Below are positions 1-9,302 of a stretch of DNA of 64,000 nucleotides, piece by piece. The position numbers were made by a program, and so were the translations under genes. The stretch covers positions 56,768 through 120,767 of the forward strand of contig JAQBYT010000010.1 in the NCBI GenBank assembly GCA_027622665.1. The letters run 5' to 3'. Below the pieces are notes generated by a model, which saw nothing but the letters and a program-made list of their open reading frames with translations, did not search any database and was not told the DNA's origin. The stretch is from Verrucomicrobiota bacterium (lineage in GTDB: Bacteria > Verrucomicrobiota > Verrucomicrobiia > Opitutales > Seribacteraceae). Position 1 is the stretch's first letter. The number at the start of each line of letters is the position of its first letter.

Positions 1-309
1 CACCTCGGTATTTCACTTCTCGCCATGACCCACGTCGCGGCAGCCACTCACCACCTCTCCTACGCTTGTGATACTCATTACCCATGGCAATCGGAACAAG
101 ACGAGATCGCTGACGGCGGGCGAGTTACAATCAGCAACGGAGAAGTTTCCGTACTTGAAAGCGGAGGACTTGGAGTGAAATTGGACTACGACCAGATCGC
201 CCGAGGGAAGGAATTGTATCACGCAATCCCCTATCGCAAACGGGACGACGAAGCGGAAATGCGCAAACACATAGACCCCGACTGGAAGCGAGTTTTGCCC
301 CGTTGGTAA
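1..309 (+). CDS. gudD: Glucarate dehydratase family (enolase superfamily), C-terminal part; 5' end outside the window
   Basis: Frame 1 is open from base 1: HLGISLLAMTHVAAATHHLSYACDTHYPWQ...GLGVKLD...RDD. HLGIS, CDTHYPW and GLGV are typical of this family. It lies directly upstream of a KDG dehydratase. Confidence 0.8.
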   Translation, partial: HLGISLLAMTHVAAATHHLSYACDTHYPWQSEQDEIADGGRVTISNGEVSVLESGGLGVKLDYDQIARGKELYHAIPYRKRDDEAEMRKHIDPDWKRVLPRW

Positions 310-388
310 AACATCGAGCTCAAACAAAGAATTTTGCTTGTCCCTGACAAGTGACAAGCTCCATAGATTTTAGAACTATTAAAACAAA

Positions 389-1297
389 ATGTCCGACCAA
401 CCGTTCAGCGAACTTATCCCCGAGGGAGTCATAGGCTTCCCCGTAACACCTTTTCATGCCGACCACGCTCTTAACCTAGAGGGATTCAAAAAGAATCTAG
501 AAGTCATACTTCAAGAACCATTTACTACGTTCGTTGCCGCGGGCGGCACGGGCGAAATGTATTCCCTCGACCGCGAGGAATATGTCGCAGTCGTACAATC
601 CGCAGTAAACGTTACGGAGGGACGGATGCCGGTAATAGCAGGCGTCGGTTACGGGTCACGCATTGCCGTGAGCATGGCCACCGAGGCAGCCAAGGCGGGG
701 GCCGCCGCTTTGCTCATTTTGCCCCCCTACTATCCAAACCCCGCATTCGAAGGTCTAACTGCCTACTGTAAGGCCATTGGCAATGCTACCGACCTTCCCA
801 TGCTTATCTATACCCGGGATTGGTTGAACCTATCCGCGGAACAAGCAGAAAATCTCGCCGAGGAAGTGCCCACTCTCGTGGGCTGGAAAGACGGGCAAGG
901 CGAATTGCGAAACTTCCAACGCATCAGATCTCGACTCGGTCAACGCTTCACCTGGATTGGCGGCGTAGGCGACGACCACGTCAGCGGCTATTACGGGATC
1001 GGAGTACGTCGCTACACTTCCAGTATTTCATGCGTTGCGCCAAAGCTTTCCATCCTCCTTCATGAGGTCGCTGCCGCACGCGATGAAGGAACACTCGCAG
1101 CAGTAACTGACAAACATGTCTTGCCTCTTTACAACCTACGTACTCGATGCAAAGGATACGAAGTATCGGCAATGAAAACTCTGCTCGAACTTAGAGGTCT
1201 TGCGGGCGGCCCAGTTCGCCCTCCTCTGATCGATGTAAAAACCGAGGAGCACCCTGAACTACAAGCCATTCTAGACGGATGGAAAGAATTTCTGTGA
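389..1297 (+). CDS. kdgD: 5-dehydro-4-deoxyglucarate dehydratase (DapA/NAL family)
   Basis: FPVTPF, AAGGTGE, LILPPY, KDGQG Schiff-base Lys region, KGYEVS and GPVRPPL motifs; neighbour of glucarate dehydratase. Confidence 0.88.
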   Translation: MSDQPFSELIPEGVIGFPVTPFHADHALNLEGFKKNLEVILQEPFTTFVAAGGTGEMYSLDREEYVAVVQSAVNVTEGRMPVIAGVGYGSRIAVSMATEAAKAGAAALLILPPYYPNPAFEGLTAYCKAIGNATDLPMLIYTRDWLNLSAEQAENLAEEVPTLVGWKDGQGELRNFQRIRSRLGQRFTWIGGVGDDHVSGYYGIGVRRYTSSISCVAPKLSILLHEVAAARDEGTLAAVTDKHVLPLYNLRTRCKGYEVSAMKTLLELRGLAGGPVRPPLIDVKTEEHPELQAILDGWKEFL

Positions 1298-3813
1298 CGC
1301 CTACACGAGCATGCTTATATTTTGCCTTTGTCCTTTCCTTTACGGCTTGCGGCGACAAGGCAGACCGGGGCACTAACAAGACGAATGGTGAATCGGGAGA
1401 AAAAGAGGAAAAGGTAAAACTAGTAACGATCGAAGGAATCCGTCGACCGGAAAGCTTCATCGTGGAAAAGCTCCACGACATACCATTGGTCCCCTTCGGT
1501 TCATTGATCAGCCTAACCTTCGACTCCAAGGGAGACCTTCTGGCGGGTTCCGAGAAGGGTCCTCTCAGTCGTATTCGCTTGAACGACGAAGGGAGGGTCG
1601 AGGAAATGGAGGTAGTCCGAGGTGCCCCTGGGCAAGTTCATGGCATCCTGGAAGCATTCAACTCACTCTACTTGGTAAGTAATGAAAAAGAAGGACTCGT
1701 CAGATGCCGCGACGTGAATGATGACGGGATCTATGACCAGACGGAACTTCTTCTGCCTCTGCAGGGAGAAGGTGAGCACGGACCACATGCGATTATTCTG
1801 TCAGCGGACGGCGAAAACCTAATCCTAATTGCGGGCAACCATTGCCCCACGACATTGGAGACGACCTTCTCTTCCTTGCCCGCCCCAGGCGGTTGGATTG
1901 GTCTCCTTCCCCCGGATGCCTCAAAGATCGAGATTATCGCCTCAGGTCTACGGAATGCCTACGACGTAGTTCTCAATGCTCAGGGTGACCTCTTCACCTG
2001 TGACTCAGACGCCGAACAAGACGCAGGGCTTCCTTGGTATCGCCCTCCACGCTTTCTTCATGCTGTCAATGGAGCTGACTTCGGCTGGCGGAAAGGTCCT
2101 GAAAAATGGCCCAAGCACTATGCCGACTCCTTGCCTCCTATCGCAGAGCTCGGACCATCGTCACCGGCCGGATTGGTGTCGGGACACCTCACCCATTTTC
2201 CAAAACCTTACAAGAACGCCATTTTCGTCTTGGATTGGACCTTCGGAACCATACACAGCATCCATCTGAAACCGGAAGGGGCAGGCTACAAAGCGAAAAG
2301 TCAGGTATTTCTCTCAGGGCCAAACATGCCGGTAACCGATGCGGCAATTCATCCTGACGGGTCACTCTATTTCGTGACGGGTGGTCGGGGCGTTCCCTCC
2401 AAGTTGTACCGAGTTCGACACGAAAATCCAACCGGACCGAGTCAAGAATCTCAGCCTAGCCCGAGGCTCAGGGAACAAAGGCTCAGACTCGAGAGTTTTC
2501 ACCAGAGTAATCCTAGCGACAGGGCTCTTCGTGAAGCATGGGAAAGCTTGGGCAACCCTGATCGTTGGGTTAGGCATGCCGCTCGAATCGCCCTTGAGAG
2601 ACAACCCGTAGATGGTTGGCGTACCCTTTTTGAAAAAGAGACAAACAATCGGGCATCCATCCACGCTTCGCTTGCCCTTGCCCGCAAAGCCCCCGTCCAT
2701 CGCCGGGCCGCACTTGCAAAACTTAGCAATTTGAATTTCGAGTCATTGAACGAGGGAAACCAACTCGCCTACCTGCGAACACTTGCGATTGCCTCCAAGA
2801 TAGACCCCGCTCCACCGCCGGAGCTGTTGGCCATAATAACCCCGCAGTTGAACGCGGCCTACCCTGCCGCAAGCGATGCCCTCAACATGGAGTTGAGTCG
2901 TATTCTCAGTCGTCTCGAACCCAAGGGTTTCATCAACAAGACCCTCAATCTTCTGCAAACTCGTCGTAGTTCCCGCACTGACGTAGATTTCGCCATACTG
3001 AACCAAAACCCAACTTACGGAGATAGGTTCCGACGCTTTGCGGAAAGTCCGGCCGACCCACTCGGTCTCCACTTGGCCTTCATGGCGTCCCATGCCGATG
3101 CCGGAAATTGGCGACCCGCCCAAATGCAACGACTGGCAAGCTGGTTGCGCGAGTCATTGAAACATGCTCCTACAGGCACTAACTACCACGATGTTATTAA
3201 TCGCCTTTCGGACAATGTCGAAAACGCTTTGACTCCGACTAGGAGGGCAAAACTGGGAGCACGTGCAACATCGCCATCAAGTCCTCGTATACTCCCGCAA
3301 GGTCCGGGCAGCAACTGGACGTTGACCGCAGCATTGAAAGCGACCGAGGCGCTAAGCAGTCGCAATTTTGCAAACGGTCGACGAACCTATGAAGCCGCCT
3401 CTTGCGCCGATTGCCATATTTTCGCAGGCAAGGGAAAAGCACTCGGACCCGTTCTCGACGGCTTGTCTCAACGTTACTCTCGAGGAACTATGCTTGAGGC
3501 CATCATTCACCCAAGCCGAGCACTACCCGAAACCTACGCCACTTCCGTCATTACTACCAAAAGCGGCAATGTCTTTTCCGGTCGCATCGTATCACGGGAC
3601 AAAGAGGGTCTGTTTATAGCGGAAAATCCATTCGCTCCCAATGACATTGCAAGACTCGAACAAAGCGTTATTAAACAAGAAGAAACCTCGCTAATTTCCC
3701 CAATGCCTACCGGCTTATTGAACTCGCTGAATCCAGACGAATTGAAAGACTTGACGGCCTACCTACTAGCTGATGGGAAGGTGGAAGACTCTAGATTTTT
3801 TCGTTCCAATTGA
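1294..3813 (+). CDS. PVC-type heme-binding protein: sorbosone-dehydrogenase-like beta-propeller, HEAT-like repeats and C-terminal CxxCH cytochrome c; probable lipoprotein
   Basis: GEHGPH, GLRNAYD, PWYRP and DWTFG propeller motifs; CADCH; C-terminal SPMPTGL; lipobox-like LSFTAC. Start placed at GTG 1294, overlapping the kdgD stop (ORF track starts at 1279). Confidence 0.82.
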   Translation: MTPTRACLYFAFVLSFTACGDKADRGTNKTNGESGEKEEKVKLVTIEGIRRPESFIVEKLHDIPLVPFGSLISLTFDSKGDLLAGSEKGPLSRIRLNDEGRVEEMEVVRGAPGQVHGILEAFNSLYLVSNEKEGLVRCRDVNDDGIYDQTELLLPLQGEGEHGPHAIILSADGENLILIAGNHCPTTLETTFSSLPAPGGWIGLLPPDASKIEIIASGLRNAYDVVLNAQGDLFTCDSDAEQDAGLPWYRPPRFLHAVNGADFGWRKGPEKWPKHYADSLPPIAELGPSSPAGLVSGHLTHFPKPYKNAIFVLDWTFGTIHSIHLKPEGAGYKAKSQVFLSGPNMPVTDAAIHPDGSLYFVTGGRGVPSKLYRVRHENPTGPSQESQPSPRLREQRLRLESFHQSNPSDRALREAWESLGNPDRWVRHAARIALERQPVDGWRTLFEKETNNRASIHASLALARKAPVHRRAALAKLSNLNFESLNEGNQLAYLRTLAIASKIDPAPPPELLAIITPQLNAAYPAASDALNMELSRILSRLEPKGFINKTLNLLQTRRSSRTDVDFAILNQNPTYGDRFRRFAESPADPLGLHLAFMASHADAGNWRPAQMQRLASWLRESLKHAPTGTNYHDVINRLSDNVENALTPTRRAKLGARATSPSSPRILPQGPGSNWTLTAALKATEALSSRNFANGRRTYEAASCADCHIFAGKGKALGPVLDGLSQRYSRGTMLEAIIHPSRALPETYATSVITTKSGNVFSGRIVSRDKEGLFIAENPFAPNDIARLEQSVIKQEETSLISPMPTGLLNSLNPDELKDLTAYLLADGKVEDSRFFRSN

Positions 3814-4061
3814 TTGAATTGCAGAAGTAAATTCAACGGCAGATCCGGAATAATTCTTCGTCTGACTGATCTGAAGCAACGCCGCTAGCAAGGGTTAACC
3901 TTGGTTCATGACTATGTCGAGTTGAGGTGGTTCCACCCGGAGCGTAAAGGCAGGCAAGGACGCCACGCATAACATCACCATCTCAACGGCTCAGGGTCAC
4001 AACTAATCAAAATTGGTAACGCATTGGCGTTGGAATAGATACATTTGTCGGTGACAACTAA

Positions 4062-4360
4062 TATATCCTGACCGCGCAAGGCATTCTCCAACTCATCGAA
4101 GTCGCTTCAGGCAAGATCGTGAAGAGGTCCCCCGTGGGCAAATACTGCAAACGGAGCCCGTTCATTCATGTGGAGTAGGAAGCTCTACGACACCGACAAA
4201 GCACACCAGAGCCTTATCCTTTCGGCCGACCTCGACTTCGAAGTCCTAACCGGAAACCCCGCAAACAAAATGCCCCAAGGTTCCCCGCCTTCTCTACCGG
4301 GCAGGCATTTCTACGCATCTAAGAACGCCTATGCGGCAGGGGCAAGTCACTCTAAAAGGT
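4062..4360 (+). pseudogene. Degraded C-terminal remnant of a PQQ-like (BamB-like) beta-propeller gene
   Basis: ILTAQGILQLIEVASGKIVKRSPVG...SP, then after a frameshift KLYDTD...LILSADLDFEVLTGNP...QGSP...GRHF. This resembles the recalled C-terminal signature KLY...FEVLAxN...ASPA..GRxFIR. Stops and frameshifts are present. Confidence 0.5.
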
Positions 4361-4362
4361 CA

Positions 4363-5090
4363 TCATTTTTTCTTACCCCAGCGCGTTTCCCAGATGGCGG
4401 CAAGTTGTTCGACACGTTCGGGGTACTTGGGGGCAATGTTATTTGTTTCAGTGCGATTCTCGGCGAGATGGTAGAGGGCCCAGGGACGCCTACCTTCGCG
4501 GACGATCTTGTACTCGCCCTTCACGATGGCATGAGTACCGCCGTGGTTGAAGACGTAGGCGTGGTCGCGATCGACGGTCTTGCCTTTAAGGATCGGGACC
4601 AGCGAGAAGCTTTCGTGGGGTTTGGTTTCCTTGCCGTTGAATTCCTCGGGGTACTCAGCCTCGGCGAGCTCTAGACAGGTGGCCATCATATCGACGACGT
4701 GTCCTCGCTGTTTTGAGATGGAGCCAAGTTTGGTCTTCAAGCCGGCGGGCCAATGGACGATGGCGGGCGTGCAGGCCCCTCCGTTGTGGACATTCATCTT
4801 GTAGCGGCGCATGGGGGTGTTTTGGGCATTGGCCCAGTTGTGCCCTACGCTGCCGTAGGTCATGGGGCCGCCCATGGGGACGTCGAACTTGTCGCCCACG
4901 GCAATGGTCTTACCGGCTTTCTTGGCCTTGGCGAGTATGTTGTTTGCCGTGTTCCAGCCGTTGCCGCCGAGGTGTTCGGGACAGGCCCCGTTGTCATGGA
5001 AGTAGATGATGAGGGTGTCGTCGAGTTGCTTTGTTTTTTCGAGGGCTTGGACAATATTGCCCACAGCTTGGTCCATGTGGTCGACCATGG
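4363..5090 (-). pseudogene. Arylsulfatase C-terminal half, N-terminally truncated (no CxPxR active site)
   Basis: AMVDHMDQAVG, FHDNGA, WANAQNTPMRRYK, GGACTPAIVHWP and HVVDMMAT motifs. Upstream the frame reaches a TGA within a few codons at a rearrangement junction. Confidence 0.85.
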
Positions 5091-5153
5091 CCTCTCCCCC
5101 CGCTGGAGGATCGCGTCAAGCCATGGGACACCATAGACCACAAGCCATGGCGT

Positions 5154-5836
5154 ATTCTGACGAAGGGCTCGCACAGGTAGCAAAGCTAAAGAACATCGTT
5201 TCACTACATCTTGGAGGAACCAAGATAACTGGTGCGGGCATGGTACACTTGAAGGGATTGAAACAACTTCAGCGACTTCATCTAGAGAAAACCGAAGTTG
5301 ACGACGACGGTCTCGCCGAACTCGGAGGTTTATCCGAGCTCGAATACCTTAATCTCCATGCCACAAAAACAACTGACGCAGGATTGGAGAATCTGGTCGG
5401 TCTCAACAAACTTAGATGCCTCTACCTTTGGCAAACCAAGGTTACCGATGAGGGGGTGACTAAACTTGGGAAGGTTCTTCCCGATCTCGTCATAGATACC
5501 GGAGCCGACCTCTCCACGGTCACTGCCTCAGAACCTCCTGCAAAAAAAGTAGACATCAAATGGAATCCCGCCGGGACCGTGGGACCGCCCCGTTCACAAA
5601 ACGGTCCAAATACCGCCATTCACTTCGAAAACAAGTCGGGGAGGAAAGTAAAGGTGTTCTGGCTCAAGTACACGGGCGGTTTGCAATTATACGGCGAATT
5701 GAATGAAGGCGATACTCGACGGCAAAATACCTACGCGGGGAACGTATGGGTAATCACCGATGAGAAAGACAACCGGCTCGGACACTTCATCTCCGTAAAA
5801 GACGATGGACTGGCTATTGTCCCGCTAATAAAGTAA
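5154..5836 (+). CDS. Leucine-rich-repeat protein with C-terminal VHL beta domain; N-terminus apparently lost at the junction
   Basis: About four 24-aa LRRs (LxxLxxLxLxxTxxxDxGL), then RSQNGPNTAIHFENKSGRKVKVFWLKYTGGLQLYGEL...QNTYAGNVW, a VHL-beta-like pattern. The coding pattern begins mid-repeat; the ORF-track start at 5006 runs through unrelated sequence. Confidence 0.75.
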
Positions 5837-5849
5837 AAAGAACGAAGAA

Positions 5850-6905
5850 AGTCTTCGAAAGAATCGTGAAGGTAATTAGCGTCCATCACCATCGGTGATT
5901 ACGCAAAAGGATCAACTTGTCGTTGGGCAACACGTCCGAGGATGCAACATAAGCGTTACCATCGGCATCCCAACGAATGGGAAGCGGGAGTTCCGCCCCT
6001 AGCAATTCATCGTCGAAAAGGTTTATGTCGAAACCATCGAGCACCTAAAAAGACTTCATTTCCGTTTCAACATCGATTCCCTTGAATCCGGTCAATTCAG
6101 AAGATTTCCGAGTAATGGGTGGTTGATCTGCAAAAACCCGAGCCTATGCATTCTCTATGAGTCCAGGCTAAGTCGACCACTCCTGCTTGAAAGAAGGCAA
6201 GCCCCTTGACGCATTCGAGAATACGCGGCGATTCTCATCGCCAAAAAGACATTTCCAATTGGCGGGTCTCCAGTACTCGTACCAAAGCCTATGCTTTTCA
6301 CGCACAGTTGCGACTAACTTGGTGGACGGTTTAATTTCCTCCACGAAATCACGAATAAAAGGAATATTGCGGGGAGTAGCCATTTCCTCGACCGCCAGAG
6401 TGTAGACGTCGAAGGAGGTCTCCTCGACACTCCATTCGAATGCCGAGGGAACAAGCAAGGTCACATCCGTTCGTCGAGCGAGAATAGGGACCAGTTTATC
6501 GTAAGCCTTGGTAAAGTCTTCCAAGCGACGAGGACCATCCAGTAACTGAATCTTACCGAACCGAGAGATCACCACAGTAGTCCCAACTTTCTTCAATTGC
6601 ACGTCTCAATCCTCTAAGGTTTGTCACCGCCAACGGTCAGAGATCTGTGCTTTGGCGGTAAACCGCATCTCCATCCCAAGCCAAATCCCGAAAACGAGGA
6701 TTGGTGACAAGAAAGCGTTTCGTAATAGAAGTTTCTACAAGACCTTCCTTTTGCATCCGCACCATATCGGAACCACCGACGAAGGCCACAACATCATCTT
6801 TTTTTCAGAGCAAAATCGGGTTTAGCATCAGCATCGGACGAGCAAAGATGAATCCCGTGGAGGACACCAATCGTAGCTAACAAGACCAGTTTGGCCAGTC
6901 AATCT
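5850..6905 (-). pseudogene. Decayed N-terminal part of an SGNH-like + PVC-type beta-propeller protein gene
   Basis: Minus-strand fragments read FALKKDDVVAFVGGSDMVR...RFRDLAWDGDAVYRQ*, then QLKKVGTTVVISRFG...WYEYWRPANW...*, then EMKSF*VLDGFDINLF...IRWDADGNAYVASSD..PNDKLILL, then a frameshift to TDGDGR. There are multiple in-frame stops (e.g. TAG at 6045-6047). The architecture matches 25376-28540. Confidence 0.8.
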
Positions 6906-7088
6906 CAAGACAACCCCGATGGCGATTGCAACTGAGAAACCCAATTTGCGGACGAGTAACTTCTAGCATCAGGCAACCTTTCCATCTAATTATTGGAAGT
7001 AAACGAACGTTGCATTAATACAGATTTAACCATTCAAGTTTGAGACAAAATAAGTCCGAAACCAAACATAGATTAAGATAAAGGCGAT

Positions 7089-7706
7089 ATGCAGTCAGCG
7101 AAAGAAGCAATTAATCGACTACGAGAAGGCAACCGGCGATTTGCCGAGGGTAATGAAAGCCTCCACTCGATTGCCGATTCGAAGAAAAGGAAGATGTTAA
7201 TCGAGAGACAGAATCCATTTGCAATCATACTCGGATGCTCCGATTCAAGAGCACCCGCCGAAATTCTCTTTGATCACGGACTTGGGGACCTGTTCGTCAT
7301 TCGAGTTGCAGGAAACATCGTGGCTCCGTCTCAAATTGGTAGCATTGAATTCGCCGCCGAACGATTTGGCACCTCCTTGGTCGTAGTATTGGGGCATTCG
7401 GAATGCGGAGCCATTCAAGCCACCTTGGAAGAATTGGCCCAGCCTAGGGAAAACCGTTCCTCGAACCTTCACTCAATCGTGAAGCGCATCAGCCCATCGG
7501 TGGAACCCCTACTGCAGACGGATTTGCGAGACAACCCGACCGAACTTATGCGAAAGGCAGTACGAGCAAACGTAATTGCCTCAGTAGGAAACCTTCAAGC
7601 GGGTTCTCCAATTCTTACCGAACTGGTTGAACAGGATAAATTACAGATTATTGGAGCCGAGTATTCGTTTGATTCGGGACTAGTTGATTTCTACGAAGAA
7701 CCCTGA
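7089..7706 (+). CDS. Beta-class carbonic anhydrase
   Basis: GCSDSR and GHSECGA zinc-ligand motifs; GDLFVIRVAGN. Confidence 0.95.
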   Translation: MQSAKEAINRLREGNRRFAEGNESLHSIADSKKRKMLIERQNPFAIILGCSDSRAPAEILFDHGLGDLFVIRVAGNIVAPSQIGSIEFAAERFGTSLVVVLGHSECGAIQATLEELAQPRENRSSNLHSIVKRISPSVEPLLQTDLRDNPTELMRKAVRANVIASVGNLQAGSPILTELVEQDKLQIIGAEYSFDSGLVDFYEEP

Positions 7707-7799
7707 CTCTTCATCGCGATCGGGAGAACGGGAAGGAGAACGGTTCAGAAGGTTGCGGGCCAAGCAACAAACCAAATCAATCAAGCCAAGCTTGACCTG

Positions 7800-9302
7800 C
7801 TAGGAACAAATCTCCTTAACCACATGCCCATGGACATCGGTCAGACGGAAATGGCGGCCTTGAAAACGGTAGGTCAGGCGTTCGTGGTCAATGCCTAGGA
7901 GGTGCATAACCGTAGCTTGGAAATCGTGGACATGCACCTTGTTCTCTACCGCATTGAAACCGAGGTCGTCCGATGCCCCGTAGGTCATTCCGGGCTTTGT
8001 CCCGCCTCCCGCCATCCATACGGTGAAGGCATAAGGGTGGTGGTCGCGTCCCCATCGTTTGCGGTTCTTGATATCACCCTGAATGAAAGGGGTGCGACCG
8101 AACTCGCCTCCCCAAATAACCAAGGTATCGTCGAGCATACCTCGCATCTTCAGGTCTTGCACGAGTGCGGCGCTGGCTTGGTCGGTGTCGCGGCATTGGT
8201 TGTAAAGCTCAGTAGTCAAGCTATTGTGTTGGTCCCAGCCGGCATGCATGCATTGGATGAAATTGACTCCCCGTTCAGCCAAGCGCCGGGCCATGAGGCA
8301 GTTGTAGGCAAAAGTACCAGGCTCCTTCACCTGCGGCCCATACATCTTCAACACATGTTCCGGCTCGTCCGAGAAATCGGTTAGTTCGGGAACCGAAGTC
8401 TGCATCTTGTAGGCCATCTCGTATTGGGCGATTCGGGTCTGAATCTCGGGATCACCCGCTTGATTGAATTTCAACTGGTTCAACTCGGCTAGATCGTCGA
8501 GTAAACCACGCCGCAGTTCGGGTTTCATGCCGTCCGGATTCTTTAGGTACAACACGGGATCGCGACTGCCGCGGAACCGAGCTCCCTGGAAACGAGTGGG
8601 AAGAAAGCCGGAACCCCAGTAGAAATCATAAAAAATCTGGCCACAGGAAGTGCCTTTGCTGATGGAAGTCATGACAACGAACCCAGGCAGTTGGTCGGAA
8701 GTGGAACCGAGTCCGTAATTGAGCCATGCTCCCATGGTGGGACGCCCGGGCATCTCTGATCCGCTGAGTAAAAAGGATATGGCCGGAGCATGATTGACCG
8801 CCTCGGTGTGCATGCTCTTAATGAAGCAAAGGTCATCCACTATCTTGGCGGTGTGGGGCATGAATTCGCTCACCCAAGCCCCTGATTGACCATGCCGGTG
8901 AAAAGGTTCCACTGGTTCCAGCATGAGCTTCCCGCTCGGGTTGCCGGTCATGGTGCTGAAACGTTTACCGCCAAGGTATTCCTCGGGGACCGGCTTACCA
9001 TGCAACTTGTGCAGACGAGGCTTGTAGTCAAAGAGATCGACGTGCGTGGGGGCACCGTTCTGGAACAGGTAAATGACGCGCTTGGCCTTGCCGGGAAGGT
9101 GAGATGCTCCGAGACTTCCTCCTTGCTGGGTTGGAGATGCACCCAGCAAACCGTCACGGCCAAGCAAACTGGCGAGGGCGGTCGTTCCAATGCCGGTGGC
9201 TCCTCGGCTGAAGAACTGGCGCCTATTGATGGCGAGTTGGCTGTCCTGCACAGGTTTCGGAGCAGCGGGGTCGAGAATTCTCCATGATTGGTTCATAGTC
9301 AT
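7800..9302 (-). CDS. DUF1501 protein (cassette A), Tat signal
   Basis: [51 protein letters not shown] and RLTDVHGHVV. ATGA overlap with the upstream gene. Confidence 0.92.
   Translation of the reverse strand: MTMNQSWRILDPAAPKPVQDSQLAINRRQFFSRGATGIGTTALASLLGRDGLLGASPTQQGGSLGASHLPGKAKRVIYLFQNGAPTHVDLFDYKPRLHKLHGKPVPEEYLGGKRFSTMTGNPSGKLMLEPVEPFHRHGQSGAWVSEFMPHTAKIVDDLCFIKSMHTEAVNHAPAISFLLSGSEMPGRPTMGAWLNYGLGSTSDQLPGFVVMTSISKGTSCGQIFYDFYWGSGFLPTRFQGARFRGSRDPVLYLKNPDGMKPELRRGLLDDLAELNQLKFNQAGDPEIQTRIAQYEMAYKMQTSVPELTDFSDEPEHVLKMYGPQVKEPGTFAYNCLMARRLAERGVNFIQCMHAGWDQHNSLTTELYNQCRDTDQASAALVQDLKMRGMLDDTLVIWGGEFGRTPFIQGDIKNRKRWGRDHHPYAFTVWMAGGGTKPGMTYGASDDLGFNAVENKVHVHDFQATVMHLLGIDHERLTYRFQGRHFRLTDVHGHVVKEICS

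Noticed and set aside
5085..5150. Three CCATGG and two CAAGCCATGG copies as a mini-CRISPR or tandem repeat
   Set aside because: They are too short and irregular, are explained by Pro-Trp codons in the sulfatase fragment, and no cas genes are present.
5006..5153. N-terminus of the LRR ORF as given in the ORF track
   Set aside because: It is antisense sulfatase sequence plus the inverted fragment, not LRR coding sequence.
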